A DNA stretch of 64,000 nt from positions 219,692 to 283,691 of the forward strand of contig CAVQRM010000002.1 of assembly GCA_963715245.1 (NCBI GenBank), read 5' to 3'. Both the position numbers and the translations under genes were made by a program. The notes below the pieces were generated by a model. It worked only from the letters and a program-made list of their open reading frames with translations, was not told where the DNA came from and did no database searches. Shown in pieces: positions 37,201-46,033 of this stretch; the stretch's first letter is position 1; each line of letters begins with the position of its first letter. This stretch comes from an uncultured Chloroflexia bacterium (lineage in GTDB: Bacteria > Chloroflexota > Limnocylindria > Limnocylindrales > CSP1-4).

Positions 37201-39584
37201 TCGCGGCCGAGCTCGTCGAGGTCCTGGGCACCACGCCCGACGGCTCGGCATCGACGGTGTACGTCGTCGAGCCGCACGGGAAGTCCGTGTTCGCGGACCA
37301 CGAGCTGTCGTTCACGCCGAGCGCGTGGGTGCTCGACCACAACGAGGACTACCCGGCGGACGCGCGCGGCGCCATCCTCGCCTTCGGGGAGGGCGGCGAG
37401 ACCGCGTCGCTCGACGTCGGGTCCTACCACTTCGCGTGGCGCCTCCCGGGCGTCATGCTCGGGGCGCTGACGATCGCGCTCCTGTACCTGCTGGCGCGGG
37501 TGCTGTTCGCGCGGCGCGCGGTCGCGGTGCTCGTCGGGCTGTTCGTCCTGCTCGACGGGATGATGTTCGTCCAGAGCCGGATCGCGATGAACGACGTCTA
37601 CACCGGGGCGTTCATCCTCGCGGCGTACCTGCTGTTCGCGTGGCTGTGGATCGAACGTCGTCGCACACGGACGTTCTGGCTGATCATGCCCGCGATCGGC
37701 GTGCTGCTGGGCCTGGCACTGGCGTCGAAGTGGGTCGCGGCGTACGCGATCGGGGCGCTCGGGATCCTCATTCTCATCCGGTCTGCGCTGGGCAGGATCA
37801 TCCTCATCGCCGGCATGATCGGTGTGACCGGGATCCTCGGATGGATGGCGATGGCCGTGCCCGAGGGCAGCGACGCGTCGGGGAACCTGCTGTTCACCCT
37901 GATCATGGTCGCCCTCACGCTGGCGACGGTGGTGGTCACGGTCTACCACCCCATCCGCTGGTCGGACGACGAGGTCCGCCTTGCCGTCGCCGGTCCGGCA
38001 GCGCTCGGCATCGTCGTCGCACTGGGTGCGATCGCGCTGGGCGAGGCTTCGACGGAGATCGCGGTCGGACCGATCCTGCTCAACCCGCTGACGGTCGCGT
38101 TCGCCCTCGTCGTCACCGGCGGCCTCGCGTACCTCGCGTTCCAGGTCGGCGCCCGATACGGGATGGGGCCGATGGCACCGGATCCGCTGCCCGGCGAGCC
38201 GCGGGCGCTCGTCCCGCCGCCCTCCCCCCCGGCCGACGGCTGGCTCCGGCTGGGCTCCGGCTTCGGCCTGCCGATCGTGTGGATGGTCGTCTCGCTCGTC
38301 GCCATCCCGGTCGCCGTCTACGTGGCCCTCTATCTCCCCTGGGCGTTCATCGACAACCACCAGCTGGTGGCCGGCTGGCCGATCGGTCACACGGGCCAGA
38401 CGCTCGTCGAGCTCACCGAGGCGATGTACCGCTACCACAACAACCTGACCGCGGCCCATGCGGCAAGCTCGCCGTGGTGGGCCTGGCCACTCAACCTCAA
38501 GCCCGTCTGGTTCTACCAGGGCTCGTTCGCCAATGCGACGGCCGGCTCGATCTACGACGCGGGCAACATGGTCGTCTGGTGGATGGGGATCCCGGCGATG
38601 GGGTTCGTCGCGTACCAGGCGTTCAAGCGCCGCAGCCTCGCGCTCGCCCTGATCCTCATCGCCTTCCTGTGCCAGTGGGTCTCCTGGGGCCGCATCGACC
38701 GGGCGGCCTTCCAGTACCACTACTACACCAGCCTGCCGTTCGTGATCCTCGCCCTCGGCTACTTCGTGGCTGAGCTATGGCACGGTGCCTCGCGCCGGAC
38801 GTGGCTGTTCGCACGCGTGGCTGCGGCCATCGCGCTGATGGGCCCCGTGATCCTGTGGCTCATGCGCATCCCGCTGTGCTCGATCGCCGGCGTCGAGTCG
38901 GTCAACGCGGGGTCGCAGGCGTGCAACGGGAACCCGGGCAACCTCGTCGTGACCCCCGCGGCGTTCGCGATGGTCGTCGTGGGGCTCGTCACGCTCATCG
39001 TGCTCGTGCGCCAGCTCGTCCGGCTGTCGAGACCACGGGAGGATGGGCGACCACTCGGCTTCGGGGATCTCTCGCCGCTCGTGATCACGGCGATCGCCGG
39101 GGGATCGCTCCTCGCGCTCACGCGCCTCCTCCCGTCGACCGATCCCCTGTTCTCGTTCGCCGGCATCGTGCCGGAGCTCATCGCCCTGGTGATCGGGGTG
39201 CCGCTCCTGTTCGTCGCCCTGCAGGTGGTCACGGCGCGTGATGCCCGCCGGTTCGTGCTCGGTCTCGTCGGGGTGGCGGGCTTCTGGTTCGTGTTCCTGT
39301 ATCCGAACATCTCGGCGCTGCCACTGCCGTCCACCATCGTCAACGCCTACCAGGGCCTGCTGCCCACCTACATCTACGCGTTCCAGTTCGGCGTCAACAC
39401 CGTGGAGCGGGGTGGGTCGATCTCGTTCGCCGATCCGCGGTTCGCGGTCCTGATGGTGTTCCTCGCGGCCGCCTGCGGGGTCGTGGCCTACTCGGCGCGG
39501 GTGTGGCGGATGACGCTCGAGGACGATGAACGATCGGTGAGCGGGTCCGCCGGTGGGCCCGCGGGCGAGGCCGGCCCGGCCTAG
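34203..39584 (+). CDS. Giant (~1790 aa) fusion of two GT-C glycosyltransferase domains: an N-terminal ALG6/8-like domain and a C-terminal PMT (GT39-like) domain with an inserted beta-propeller-like region
   Basis: GTG 34203 lies 6 nt after AGGAGG (alternative start ATG 34242). N-terminal domain: FADYTPGYLYALW, VHERYLFPLF. PMT domain: RMHFDEVYHARTA (DE motif at 36057-36062), WTHPHLAKYAMAGGIALFAG, then FAWRLPGVMLGALTIALLYLLARVLF, and the C-terminal SSPWWAWPLNLKPVWFYQ. The ORF-track start at 33237 is antisense junk. Confidence 0.8.
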   Translation: MTALGSGAPGRETMTDDTSRRGLGWQILALLVIGLIFRLMMAYGLEALRGSGFETDLRLFAFWAENLADQGPFGFYERGFFADYTPGYLYALWAVGVVGNWVGGVGDLIKLPAILTDAVLAYVVYRMVRDLGVTERRALLAAAVVLINPVTWFDSVIWGQVDSFGTVFLLLSVRELWKGRHERAAILAVVAALIKPQLAILVPIVAFVTIRRVLWPKGAWGDEPAPEPSGFGWERRTTGLLRIFSTGVAGFVTAVVLAAPFGLSVVTISTTAPYLDSSLLRLVFSTAATYSYVTVNAYNLWALFPLDGASLASNGGWIYDAPVPDATAWAQIGPFPAALVGGVLLGALLFVIVPAIVARRPDRLTILVGVAVLALAFFAVPTRVHERYLFPLFGIAAILFAFSWRWRIAYVVASIATFLNMYVVLTTLYGNNPQVEDWLGIGPAIRSYGGVALVAVLHTAALVFGLWQLRDGSRRRLATELEGGRLPDWEAATGDVPALVGGTTVRNEGAEGRGPAVAVASSAPTVPPAALLPTQAVSSPARRSPAWFERRSWGDVGPVSWLRARIGETPIRPDRSRLLIGEKGGRLDRLDIWILIVLVVAGMGLRTFRLAEPARMHFDEVYHARTATEFLQSWRYGIDDTIYEWTHPHLAKYAMAGGIALFAGQDVAASSELGVAVRDAVIEPRRPDPTSMDRAGDRVWIATGDALVAYDLATRELVAELPLPGAAAVAFDPESTQVYVGTDAGAVLALDATVLDAVRNDGSSVEADQVPVDLSPVASLDSPIARLAVFADGDAVAARLAGDAVAILDAATGEERGRATIAGPGDLAAAGRIDAIVAKPAEIPDLQAAADELAAVLGGDPAAYLAYLAADPDAEAVVIDAVLDADARTNLDDAIAAERLPGIVIEAAPLLAVAGDAGVSLVSTRGTVVHEVALDGGSTGVVLVSGVDDGTQLYATTTDGETGTPEVAVIAVTGDDADDGPKVTTTFDLPGAGSRITYDLAAELVEVLGTTPDGSASTVYVVEPHGKSVFADHELSFTPSAWVLDHNEDYPADARGAILAFGEGGETASLDVGSYHFAWRLPGVMLGALTIALLYLLARVLFARRAVAVLVGLFVLLDGMMFVQSRIAMNDVYTGAFILAAYLLFAWLWIERRRTRTFWLIMPAIGVLLGLALASKWVAAYAIGALGILILIRSALGRIILIAGMIGVTGILGWMAMAVPEGSDASGNLLFTLIMVALTLATVVVTVYHPIRWSDDEVRLAVAGPAALGIVVALGAIALGEASTEIAVGPILLNPLTVAFALVVTGGLAYLAFQVGARYGMGPMAPDPLPGEPRALVPPPSPPADGWLRLGSGFGLPIVWMVVSLVAIPVAVYVALYLPWAFIDNHQLVAGWPIGHTGQTLVELTEAMYRYHNNLTAAHAASSPWWAWPLNLKPVWFYQGSFANATAGSIYDAGNMVVWWMGIPAMGFVAYQAFKRRSLALALILIAFLCQWVSWGRIDRAAFQYHYYTSLPFVILALGYFVAELWHGASRRTWLFARVAAAIALMGPVILWLMRIPLCSIAGVESVNAGSQACNGNPGNLVVTPAAFAMVVVGLVTLIVLVRQLVRLSRPREDGRPLGFGDLSPLVITAIAGGSLLALTRLLPSTDPLFSFAGIVPELIALVIGVPLLFVALQVVTARDARRFVLGLVGVAGFWFVFLYPNISALPLPSTIVNAYQGLLPTYIYAFQFGVNTVERGGSISFADPRFAVLMVFLAAACGVVAYSARVWRMTLEDDERSVSGSAGGPAGEAGPA

Positions 39585-39594
39585 CGACGGTGAG

Positions 39595-40845
39595 CTAGCT
39601 GCCGTCTGTTGCGACGGGCGCAGCCGCGGGCACCTGCTGCGGGTTACCTGACTCCGGCCCGGTGGCCGTTGCCGAGTGCACGCGCGGTGACGGCGGGATC
39701 TCCGCGTTGAAGTGCGGCGGCAGGGTCCCGGCGGCCGCCAGCCGGCGGATGACGAACCCGTAGTAGTCGTCCACCTTCGCGGTCACGCGCGGCCAGCTGA
39801 ACTCCTCGGCACGCCTGCTGCCGTTCTCCGACATCGTGCCCGCCAGCTCCGGGTCGCTCAGGACGCGGCCGACCGCCAGGGCAATCTCCTTGGGCTCCTG
39901 CGGCGGGACAAGGAGCGCCTCCCGGCCGCGCCGGACGACGCCCTTGTAGCCGTGGATGTCGGAGGCGACGATCGGCGCGCCGGCCGCCATCGCCTCGAGC
40001 AGCACGATCCCGAACGACTCACGCCCCGTCGCCGGCGAGACGAACACGTCCGCGGTCCGGAACAGCTGGGCCTTCTCGTCGTCGGAGACTCGCCCCAGGA
40101 AGTGAACCCCCCGCAGCCTGCGTGTCGCGACGTAGCGGCGCGCCTCGCGCTCCTGCGGGCCGCCGCCCACGAGCAGCAGGCGGCAGTCGCACCCGGTCTT
40201 GCGCAGGATGCGGTACCCCTTGAGCATGTCGAGCACGCCCTTGCGTGGCTCGAACCGGCCCACGAACAGGATGTTCTGCGTGCCGTCCTGCCAGCGCGAG
40301 AGCGGGACCGCCCGGCGGTAGCGGTCGACATCGACGCCATTCGGGATGACCTTGTAGTCGCCCGGGAAGTAGCGGTCGATGAAGTGTCGAGCAGCGGCGG
40401 ACACCGCGATCCGCCCGTGCAGGCGTCCCGCGTAGCGCTTCATCGCCCGGGACCCGAACTCGTAGGCCGGTGACCAGCCGCCGTACGCGTGGAAGGTCCC
40501 GATGTTGACGCTCTTCGACTCGCGCAGGATCACCAGCGACAGGAAGGGCACGAACGGCTCGTGGAAGTGGAGGACGTCGAACTGCTCGCGCTCAAGGAGC
40601 TCCCGCACCTGCGACACGTACCGGGGCGAGACGGTGATCGTCCCCACCGATCCGTTCGCCGGCATCGAGAAGCCCTTGCCGAGGCGGATGACATCGCCCT
40701 CCGACGTCCGCTGGAGGCCGTGGGAGGACGTCAGGATCCGGACGTCGTGTCCGCGCTGGCGAAGATTCTCGTACAGGAAGCGGACGTGCTGCGTGACGCC
40801 GCCGGGCAGCGGATAGACATAGGGCGAGACGAGCCCGATCTTCAT
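39595..40845 (-). CDS. pimA: GT4 glycosyltransferase, PimA-like (phosphatidylinositol alpha-mannosyltransferase candidate)
   Basis: MKIGLVSPYVYPLPGGVTQHVRFLYENLRQRGHDV and ESFGIVLLEAMAAGAPIVASD (EX7E), in an operon with pgsA and ino1. Confidence 0.75.
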   Translation of the reverse strand: MKIGLVSPYVYPLPGGVTQHVRFLYENLRQRGHDVRILTSSHGLQRTSEGDVIRLGKGFSMPANGSVGTITVSPRYVSQVRELLEREQFDVLHFHEPFVPFLSLVILRESKSVNIGTFHAYGGWSPAYEFGSRAMKRYAGRLHGRIAVSAAARHFIDRYFPGDYKVIPNGVDVDRYRRAVPLSRWQDGTQNILFVGRFEPRKGVLDMLKGYRILRKTGCDCRLLLVGGGPQEREARRYVATRRLRGVHFLGRVSDDEKAQLFRTADVFVSPATGRESFGIVLLEAMAAGAPIVASDIHGYKGVVRRGREALLVPPQEPKEIALAVGRVLSDPELAGTMSENGSRRAEEFSWPRVTAKVDDYYGFVIRRLAAAGTLPPHFNAEIPPSPRVHSATATGPESGNPQQVPAAAPVATDGS

Positions 40846-41678
40846 CGCGGCGCCCCCTTGCGGGTCACGTCGGCCGAGGCATCGAACTCGGGCGGTCGAC
40901 GCGTGCTCCCGGGATAGCCGTGGTCACGGCCCGACCCGTCACGGCGCACGCGGCCTGCAACCTCCGCCCGAGCGTCGCGGCCACGCTTGCGGAGCTGCTG
41001 GCCGAAGGTCCCGAGCTGGCCAACCGACCCATGGAAGCGGCCGTGATGCCTGGTCTCACCGGCGTGGATCGCGGCGACGAGGTCCTGGGCGCTGCGGCCC
41101 GGGTACGTCGTCCAGGCGGTGCCGATGGCGGCCAGGGCGTGGGCGTCGCTGCTGCCGATCTGCGGCAGACCGTGGCGCCTGGCGAAGTCGACCGACCGCC
41201 GGTGGCCGTACTTCCCCAGCGCGGTGGGATTGAACGTCTCGATGGCATCGGGGTGCACGGCCCCATTGTCGTCTGCCAGGAGCCGCCGCAGGACCCAGGC
41301 CTGCGCGCACAGGTGGACGGGGACGAGCGGGTGCGCCACGATCGCGAGGCCACCTTGATCGTGGATTGCCTCGATCGACCAGCGGAGGCTCTTGAGCGGC
41401 GGGACGCGGGTCTCGAGGAAGAGGCCGACCAGGTGCCCGCCGAGCGTGGTGATCTCCTCGCCCACGACGACCTCGACTGCGAGCCCACGGTCGACGGCCA
41501 TGGCGCGGGCGGCGAGCGCGGCGTCGATCCGCTCGTGGTCCGCGATCGCGATGACGTCGAGGAGCCCGGCCTCCTCCACCTCGTCGAGGATCTCGGCGAC
41601 CGATGCGGTGCCGTCCGATGCCAGGGTGTGGATGTGGAGATCCGCTCGACCGCGACGGTCGATGCGCTCGGATGTCAT
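40842..41678 (-). CDS. PHP-domain metal-dependent phosphoesterase
   Basis: From ATG 41678 (ATGA overlap): RADLHIHTLASDGTASVAEIL...IAIADHE...AHP...SSDAH are PHP motifs. Confidence 0.8.
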   Translation of the reverse strand: MTSERIDRRGRADLHIHTLASDGTASVAEILDEVEEAGLLDVIAIADHERIDAALAARAMAVDRGLAVEVVVGEEITTLGGHLVGLFLETRVPPLKSLRWSIEAIHDQGGLAIVAHPLVPVHLCAQAWVLRRLLADDNGAVHPDAIETFNPTALGKYGHRRSVDFARRHGLPQIGSSDAHALAAIGTAWTTYPGRSAQDLVAAIHAGETRHHGRFHGSVGQLGTFGQQLRKRGRDARAEVAGRVRRDGSGRDHGYPGSTRRPPEFDASADVTRKGAPR

Positions 41679-42670
41679 TCGGGCTGCCCGTCGCTCGTGC
41701 CGGACACGGCCAGATCCGGCCAGATCGGATGGAACGCGCCCCACCACTGCTCGGGAGCGTCGCCGATGAGCGTCTCGAAGGCCAGGACCATCGCCGCCGT
41801 CATCCCGGTGATGCGCTCGCGACGGGATCCGGTCTCCGGGGTCGGGACGTGGACCAGGCGGCCCCGGCAGCGGCCGTCCTTCGTCCGTCGGGCGGCCGCC
41901 ACGTACATCGGGGCACCGGTCTCGATGGCAAGGACCGCGGGCCCGACCGGGATGGGCGCGGGGTACCCGAAGAACGGGGTCGGGATGCCGGTGCCCGCAA
42001 TGTCACGGTCCGCGACCAGGCCGACCGACTCGCCCCGCCTGATCGCTGCGAGGAGCGCCCGCCGGGCGTTGCGGAGCGGGATGATGTTCACCCCCACCCG
42101 ACTGCGCGACGTGACGAACCAGTGCTGCAGCCCGGGGTCGGAGACGGTCTCCATCGGTGCCGTGAACGAGTGCCCGACGAGGTTCGAGACGTAGACGACC
42201 GGCAGCTCGATGACGCCGTAGTGCAGGCCCACGAGGATCATCGGACGCCCGGTCGTGAACGCGTCACGCACTGCATCGGGCGTCTCGACGTCGAGGGTTG
42301 CCAGCACCGTCTCAAGGTCATAGCCGCCCGTCCGGGCGACCTCGACGTAGTACCGGGCGGCGTGGCGGAAGCAGGCGCGGACGAGGCGCTCCATCGCATC
42401 TGGGTCGGTCGCCGCGCGCCGCGCCATCGTGGACCCGCGGCCGCTCGCGGCGAGGCCGTCGCACGCGCGCTGGAGGTTGGCGCGGGCTCGCGCCCGCTTC
42501 GCTGGCGACACCCGGTACCAGAGCTCACCGCTCGCATCCGCCGCGGCGTAGAGCGGGGCGGCGGGGAGCCTGCCTGCGAGCGTCGCCACCGCGACCAGCA
42601 CCATGCCCAGCAGCCCAGGGCGCGACGCGTCCGAGCCGTCGACGTCTCGCGGCGTGCGCTCGGCGCTCAC
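41675..42670 (-). CDS. LpxL/HtrB-family lipid acyltransferase (PatA-like), paralog 2
   Basis: From GTG 42670 (GTGA overlap): PMILVGLHYGVIELP (HX4E), VGLVADRDIAGTGIPTPFFG, APEQWWGAFHPIW. Confidence 0.75.
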   Translation of the reverse strand: MSAERTPRDVDGSDASRPGLLGMVLVAVATLAGRLPAAPLYAAADASGELWYRVSPAKRARARANLQRACDGLAASGRGSTMARRAATDPDAMERLVRACFRHAARYYVEVARTGGYDLETVLATLDVETPDAVRDAFTTGRPMILVGLHYGVIELPVVYVSNLVGHSFTAPMETVSDPGLQHWFVTSRSRVGVNIIPLRNARRALLAAIRRGESVGLVADRDIAGTGIPTPFFGYPAPIPVGPAVLAIETGAPMYVAAARRTKDGRCRGRLVHVPTPETGSRRERITGMTAAMVLAFETLIGDAPEQWWGAFHPIWPDLAVSGTSDGQPE

Positions 42671-43701
42671 GATGCGGCTGCCTGCGCCTCGGGAACCGGC
42701 TCCTTCCCGGCCCCCGCAGCGCGCTGGCCGCCGAGCATCGCGGCGGCGCGCGCCTCGAGCTCGAGCGCCTCGTCTCCGGTCTCGGGCCACAGGGCCTTGA
42801 AGCTGTACCACTGGTCGGGGGCGGCGCCCACGGCTTCCTCCAGAAAGTCCGCGATCCGCTGGGTCGCGCGCTGGATGTCCGCCGGGTCGGACGATGGGAC
42901 TGTGAAGGTCTCGTAGCCCTCGACGCGGAAGGTCCCAGCCGGCGTGCGCCGGATCGCGAGTGGCGCGATGATGGCGCCCGTCTTGGCGGCCAGCGTGGCC
43001 GGGCCGGCGGGAAGCGTCGTCCACGCGCCGAACAGCCGCACGGGAACCCCGTCCGAGCGATAGCCCCAGTCCACAAGCAGGGCGACGATCTCCTTCGCGC
43101 GCAGGACCCGGAACAGGTCGCGCATGTTGCGCCACGGGATGATCCGGACACCCCATGCCTCGCGCTGGCGGCGGAGCAGCTCGAACAGCTCGGGAAAGGA
43201 CGAGTCGTCCGCGATCCCGTTCGCCGGGTATCCCGCCCCAGCGAGTGCTGCGGCCACGGCCTCGTTGTTGCCCACGTGCCCGGCGACCACGATCATCGCC
43301 TGGCCGGAGTCGCGCCACGCGCTGGCGATCCGTTCGATGCCGTCGCCCTCGACCGCCGTTCGGAGCTCCTCGGGCGGCCGGGACGGCAGCCGCATGAGCT
43401 CCACGATGTAGCGGGCGTACTCCCTGTAGGCACGCAACGCGAGGCGGCGGACACGCGGATGCTCGGGCGGAAGCCCGAGCACATGGCCGAAATTGCTGTT
43501 GGAGAACCGGCGCTTCGACGGCCACAGCAGGTAGCTGCCCTGAACCGCGGTGCCGATCACGGCTCGCGAAAGGGCAGGCGGGACGTGCGCGAGCACTGCC
43601 GCCGCAGTGCGGTAGCCGACGACCGCCATCCGCTCGACGATGCGCGGTGCAGAGGATTCGAGGCGCCTGTGCGGCGCCTCGAACTGTCGCCCCCGGGTCA
43701 C
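42667..43701 (-). CDS. LpxL/HtrB-family lipid acyltransferase (PatA-like), paralog 1
   Basis: [15 protein letters not shown] (HX4E), [36 protein letters not shown] overlap with the ino1 stop. Confidence 0.8.
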   Translation of the reverse strand: MTRGRQFEAPHRRLESSAPRIVERMAVVGYRTAAAVLAHVPPALSRAVIGTAVQGSYLLWPSKRRFSNSNFGHVLGLPPEHPRVRRLALRAYREYARYIVELMRLPSRPPEELRTAVEGDGIERIASAWRDSGQAMIVVAGHVGNNEAVAAALAGAGYPANGIADDSSFPELFELLRRQREAWGVRIIPWRNMRDLFRVLRAKEIVALLVDWGYRSDGVPVRLFGAWTTLPAGPATLAAKTGAIIAPLAIRRTPAGTFRVEGYETFTVPSSDPADIQRATQRIADFLEEAVGAAPDQWYSFKALWPETGDEALELEARAAAMLGGQRAAGAGKEPVPEAQAAAS

Positions 43702-44916
43702 TTGGCGGCGGCGGCCTTGGCCTTCGCCTGGTTCGCGAGCGCCTTGGAGTCCTTCTTCGACTCCTCGTTGCCCACGAGCGTCTCGTTGTCCTCGCCCCGG
43801 ATGAACGCCTCGACGCGCTGGTGCGCGACGTCGTCGTGGATCTGGAGCGGCGGGGACTTCATGAAGTAGCTGGACGGCGCCACGAGCGTGCCCTTGAGGC
43901 CGCGGTCGAGGCCGATCCGCAGGCAGCGGATCGCGTCGATGATGACGCCGGCGCTGTTGGGGCTGTCCCAGACCTCGAGCTTGAGCTCGGCGTTGAGCGG
44001 GACGTCACCGAAGGTCGTGCCCTCGATGCGGATGTGGCACCACTTGCGGTCCTTGAGCCACGGCACGTAGTCGGACGGGCCGACGTGGATGTCGCCCTCG
44101 GCGAGGTCGTAGTCCATCATCGACGTGACGGCGTTGGTCTTGGAGATCTTCTTCGACTCGAGGCGCTCACGCTCGAGCATGTTGAGGAAGTCCGTGTTGC
44201 CGCCGAAGTTCAGCTGGTACGTGCGGTCGATGCGGACGCCGCGGTCCATGAACAGGCGGGTGAGCACGCGGTGCGTGATCGTGGCGCCGACCTGGGACTT
44301 GATGTCGTCGCCGATGATCGGCAGCCCCTCCTCGGCGAACCGGCGCTGCCAATAGGGCTCGCGGCCGATGAACACCGGGATGGCGTTGATGAACCCGACG
44401 CCTGCCTTGAGGGCCTGCTCGACGTACCACTTGGTCGCCTCCTCGCTGCCCACGGGCAGGTAGGAGACCATCACGTCGACCTCGCGGTCCTTGAGGATGC
44501 CGACGACGTCGGCCGTGGGTCCCGGAGCCTTCTTGATGACCTGGCTCAGGTACTTGCCGATCCCGTCATGGGTCATGCCGCGCTCGACCTTGACGCCCAT
44601 GTGCGGGACGTCCGTGGAACTTGTAGGTGTTGTTCTGGCCCGAGAAGATCGCCTCGGACAGGTCCTTGCCGACCTTCTCCCGGTCGACGTCGAACGCGGC
44701 CACGAACTCCACGTCGCTGATGTGGTAGTCGCCGAGCTGGACGTGCATCAGGCCGGGGACGAAGTCGCCGGGCTTCGCGTTCTCGTAGTAGTAGCGGCCC
44801 TGGACGAGGCTGCTCGCGCAGTTGCCCACGCCGACGATCGCGACCCGGATCTTCTTGCCGCGGACCTTGGGCTCCGCCCCGTTCTTGCCGTTCTTGCTCA
44901 CGTGCTCCTGCTCCAT
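43698..44916 (-). pseudogene. ino1: myo-Inositol-1-phosphate synthase, frameshifted near 44613-44616 (as assembled)
   Basis: The N-terminal segment (ATG 44916: MEQEHVS...[19 protein letters not shown]...[30 protein letters not shown]) is in one frame. The rest ([22 protein letters not shown]...[17 protein letters not shown]...[14 protein letters not shown]) is in another. The junction aag ttc CACG gac gtc has one extra nucleotide. Confidence 0.85.
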
Positions 44917-44924
44917 TGCTGCTG

Positions 44925-45560
44925 CTACCCCTGCTCCGAAGTTCGTGCCTGGTTGATGGTGACGACGATTCGCTGGATGGTGGTGATGGTCGCGAGGACC
45001 GCGATGAGGCCGAGGGCGATGCCCAGGGCCGTGATGGACGACAGACCGGCCAGGACGAGCCCGACCGTGAGGATGATGATCCGGATCTCGCGCGGCGCGA
45101 GGCCGATGTTGGCCATGCCGGTCCCGGACGTGAAGCCGAGGCTCTCGGCCTTGGCGCGCGTGTAGCTGACCATGAACGCGCTCGTCATGGCTGCCGCTGC
45201 GAGGATCGCGCCATCCGTCCAATCGGCCGCGACGGCGCCCCACACGATGCCCACGTAGACGACGCCTTCGCCCCAGCGGTCGAAGACGGAGTCCATGAAC
45301 GCTCCGAGCTTGCTGACCTTGTTGGTTGCACGGGCGAGGGCTCCGTCGAACAGGTCGAAGACGCCGCCGAACACGACGAGCAGCCCGGCCGGGAGCCACA
45401 GCCCCGTCGCCGCCAGGATCGCGGCGACGCAGGCGATGCCGAAGCCGATGAGCGTCAGCCCGTTCGGCGTCAGGCCGATCTTTCCGAGCCCGACGGCGAT
45501 CGGCGTCATGAGCCCTCGGACCTTCGTCCTGGTCTCGGGCGAGACGAACGAGCCGCTCAC
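44925..45560 (-). CDS. pgsA: CDP-alcohol phosphatidyltransferase, probable phosphatidylinositol-phosphate synthase
   Basis: The motif [26 protein letters not shown] fits D(x)2DG(x)2AR(x)8G(x)3D(x)3D. It lies immediately upstream of ino1. Confidence 0.8.
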   Translation of the reverse strand: MSGSFVSPETRTKVRGLMTPIAVGLGKIGLTPNGLTLIGFGIACVAAILAATGLWLPAGLLVVFGGVFDLFDGALARATNKVSKLGAFMDSVFDRWGEGVVYVGIVWGAVAADWTDGAILAAAAMTSAFMVSYTRAKAESLGFTSGTGMANIGLAPREIRIIILTVGLVLAGLSSITALGIALGLIAVLATITTIQRIVVTINQARTSEQG

Positions 45561-45961
45561 GAGGCGGCCCTGGTTGGAGCGGGCGTCGAGCCGCGCGCCG
45601 GGGCTGCGGCTGCGCCGGTGCCGCCCACCTCGGCGAGGTTGAGGGCCCGGGCCTGGCGGTCGGCGAAGCTCGCAAACGTCTCGGGGACGATCGTATGGAC
45701 GGTCTCACGGCCGTGGCGACGGGCCGAGACGAGGCCGACCTCGCGCAGCTTGCCCAGGTGCCACGAGACAAGCGGCTGGGACAGGCCCACGGATTCGATG
45801 AGCTCGGTGACGGTGGCAGGCCCCTGCGCGAGGACGCGGCAGATCCGCAGACGGTTCACGTCCGCGAGGGTCTTGTGGAAGCGGCGGAGCTCGCGCAGGT
45901 CGTCGGGCTGGTCGACGACGTTCGCGATGGTGCTCCGGATGCGCGCGGGAGAGGGTGACAC
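45557..45961 (-). CDS. ArsR/SmtB-family transcriptional regulator (first gene of the inositol-lipid operon)
   Basis: [54 protein letters not shown] overlap with the pgsA start. The start is uncertain (GTG 45961 or TTG 46006). Confidence 0.75.
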   Translation of the reverse strand: MSPSPARIRSTIANVVDQPDDLRELRRFHKTLADVNRLRICRVLAQGPATVTELIESVGLSQPLVSWHLGKLREVGLVSARRHGRETVHTIVPETFASFADRQARALNLAEVGGTGAAAAPARGSTPAPTRAAS

Positions 45962-46017
45962 GGGTGGGCAGGGGTCCTGGCGTGCTGACAACCGTCGTCG
46001 GATCAACGGCGGTTTAT

Positions 46018-46033
46018 ATCAACGGGCGTTGAT
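46018..46033. promoter_or_regulatory. Perfect palindrome ATCAACG-GG-CGTTGAT, operator candidate
   Basis: It overlaps the -10 of the candidate promoter below. A further ATCAACGG half-site lies at 46002-46009. Confidence 0.4.
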
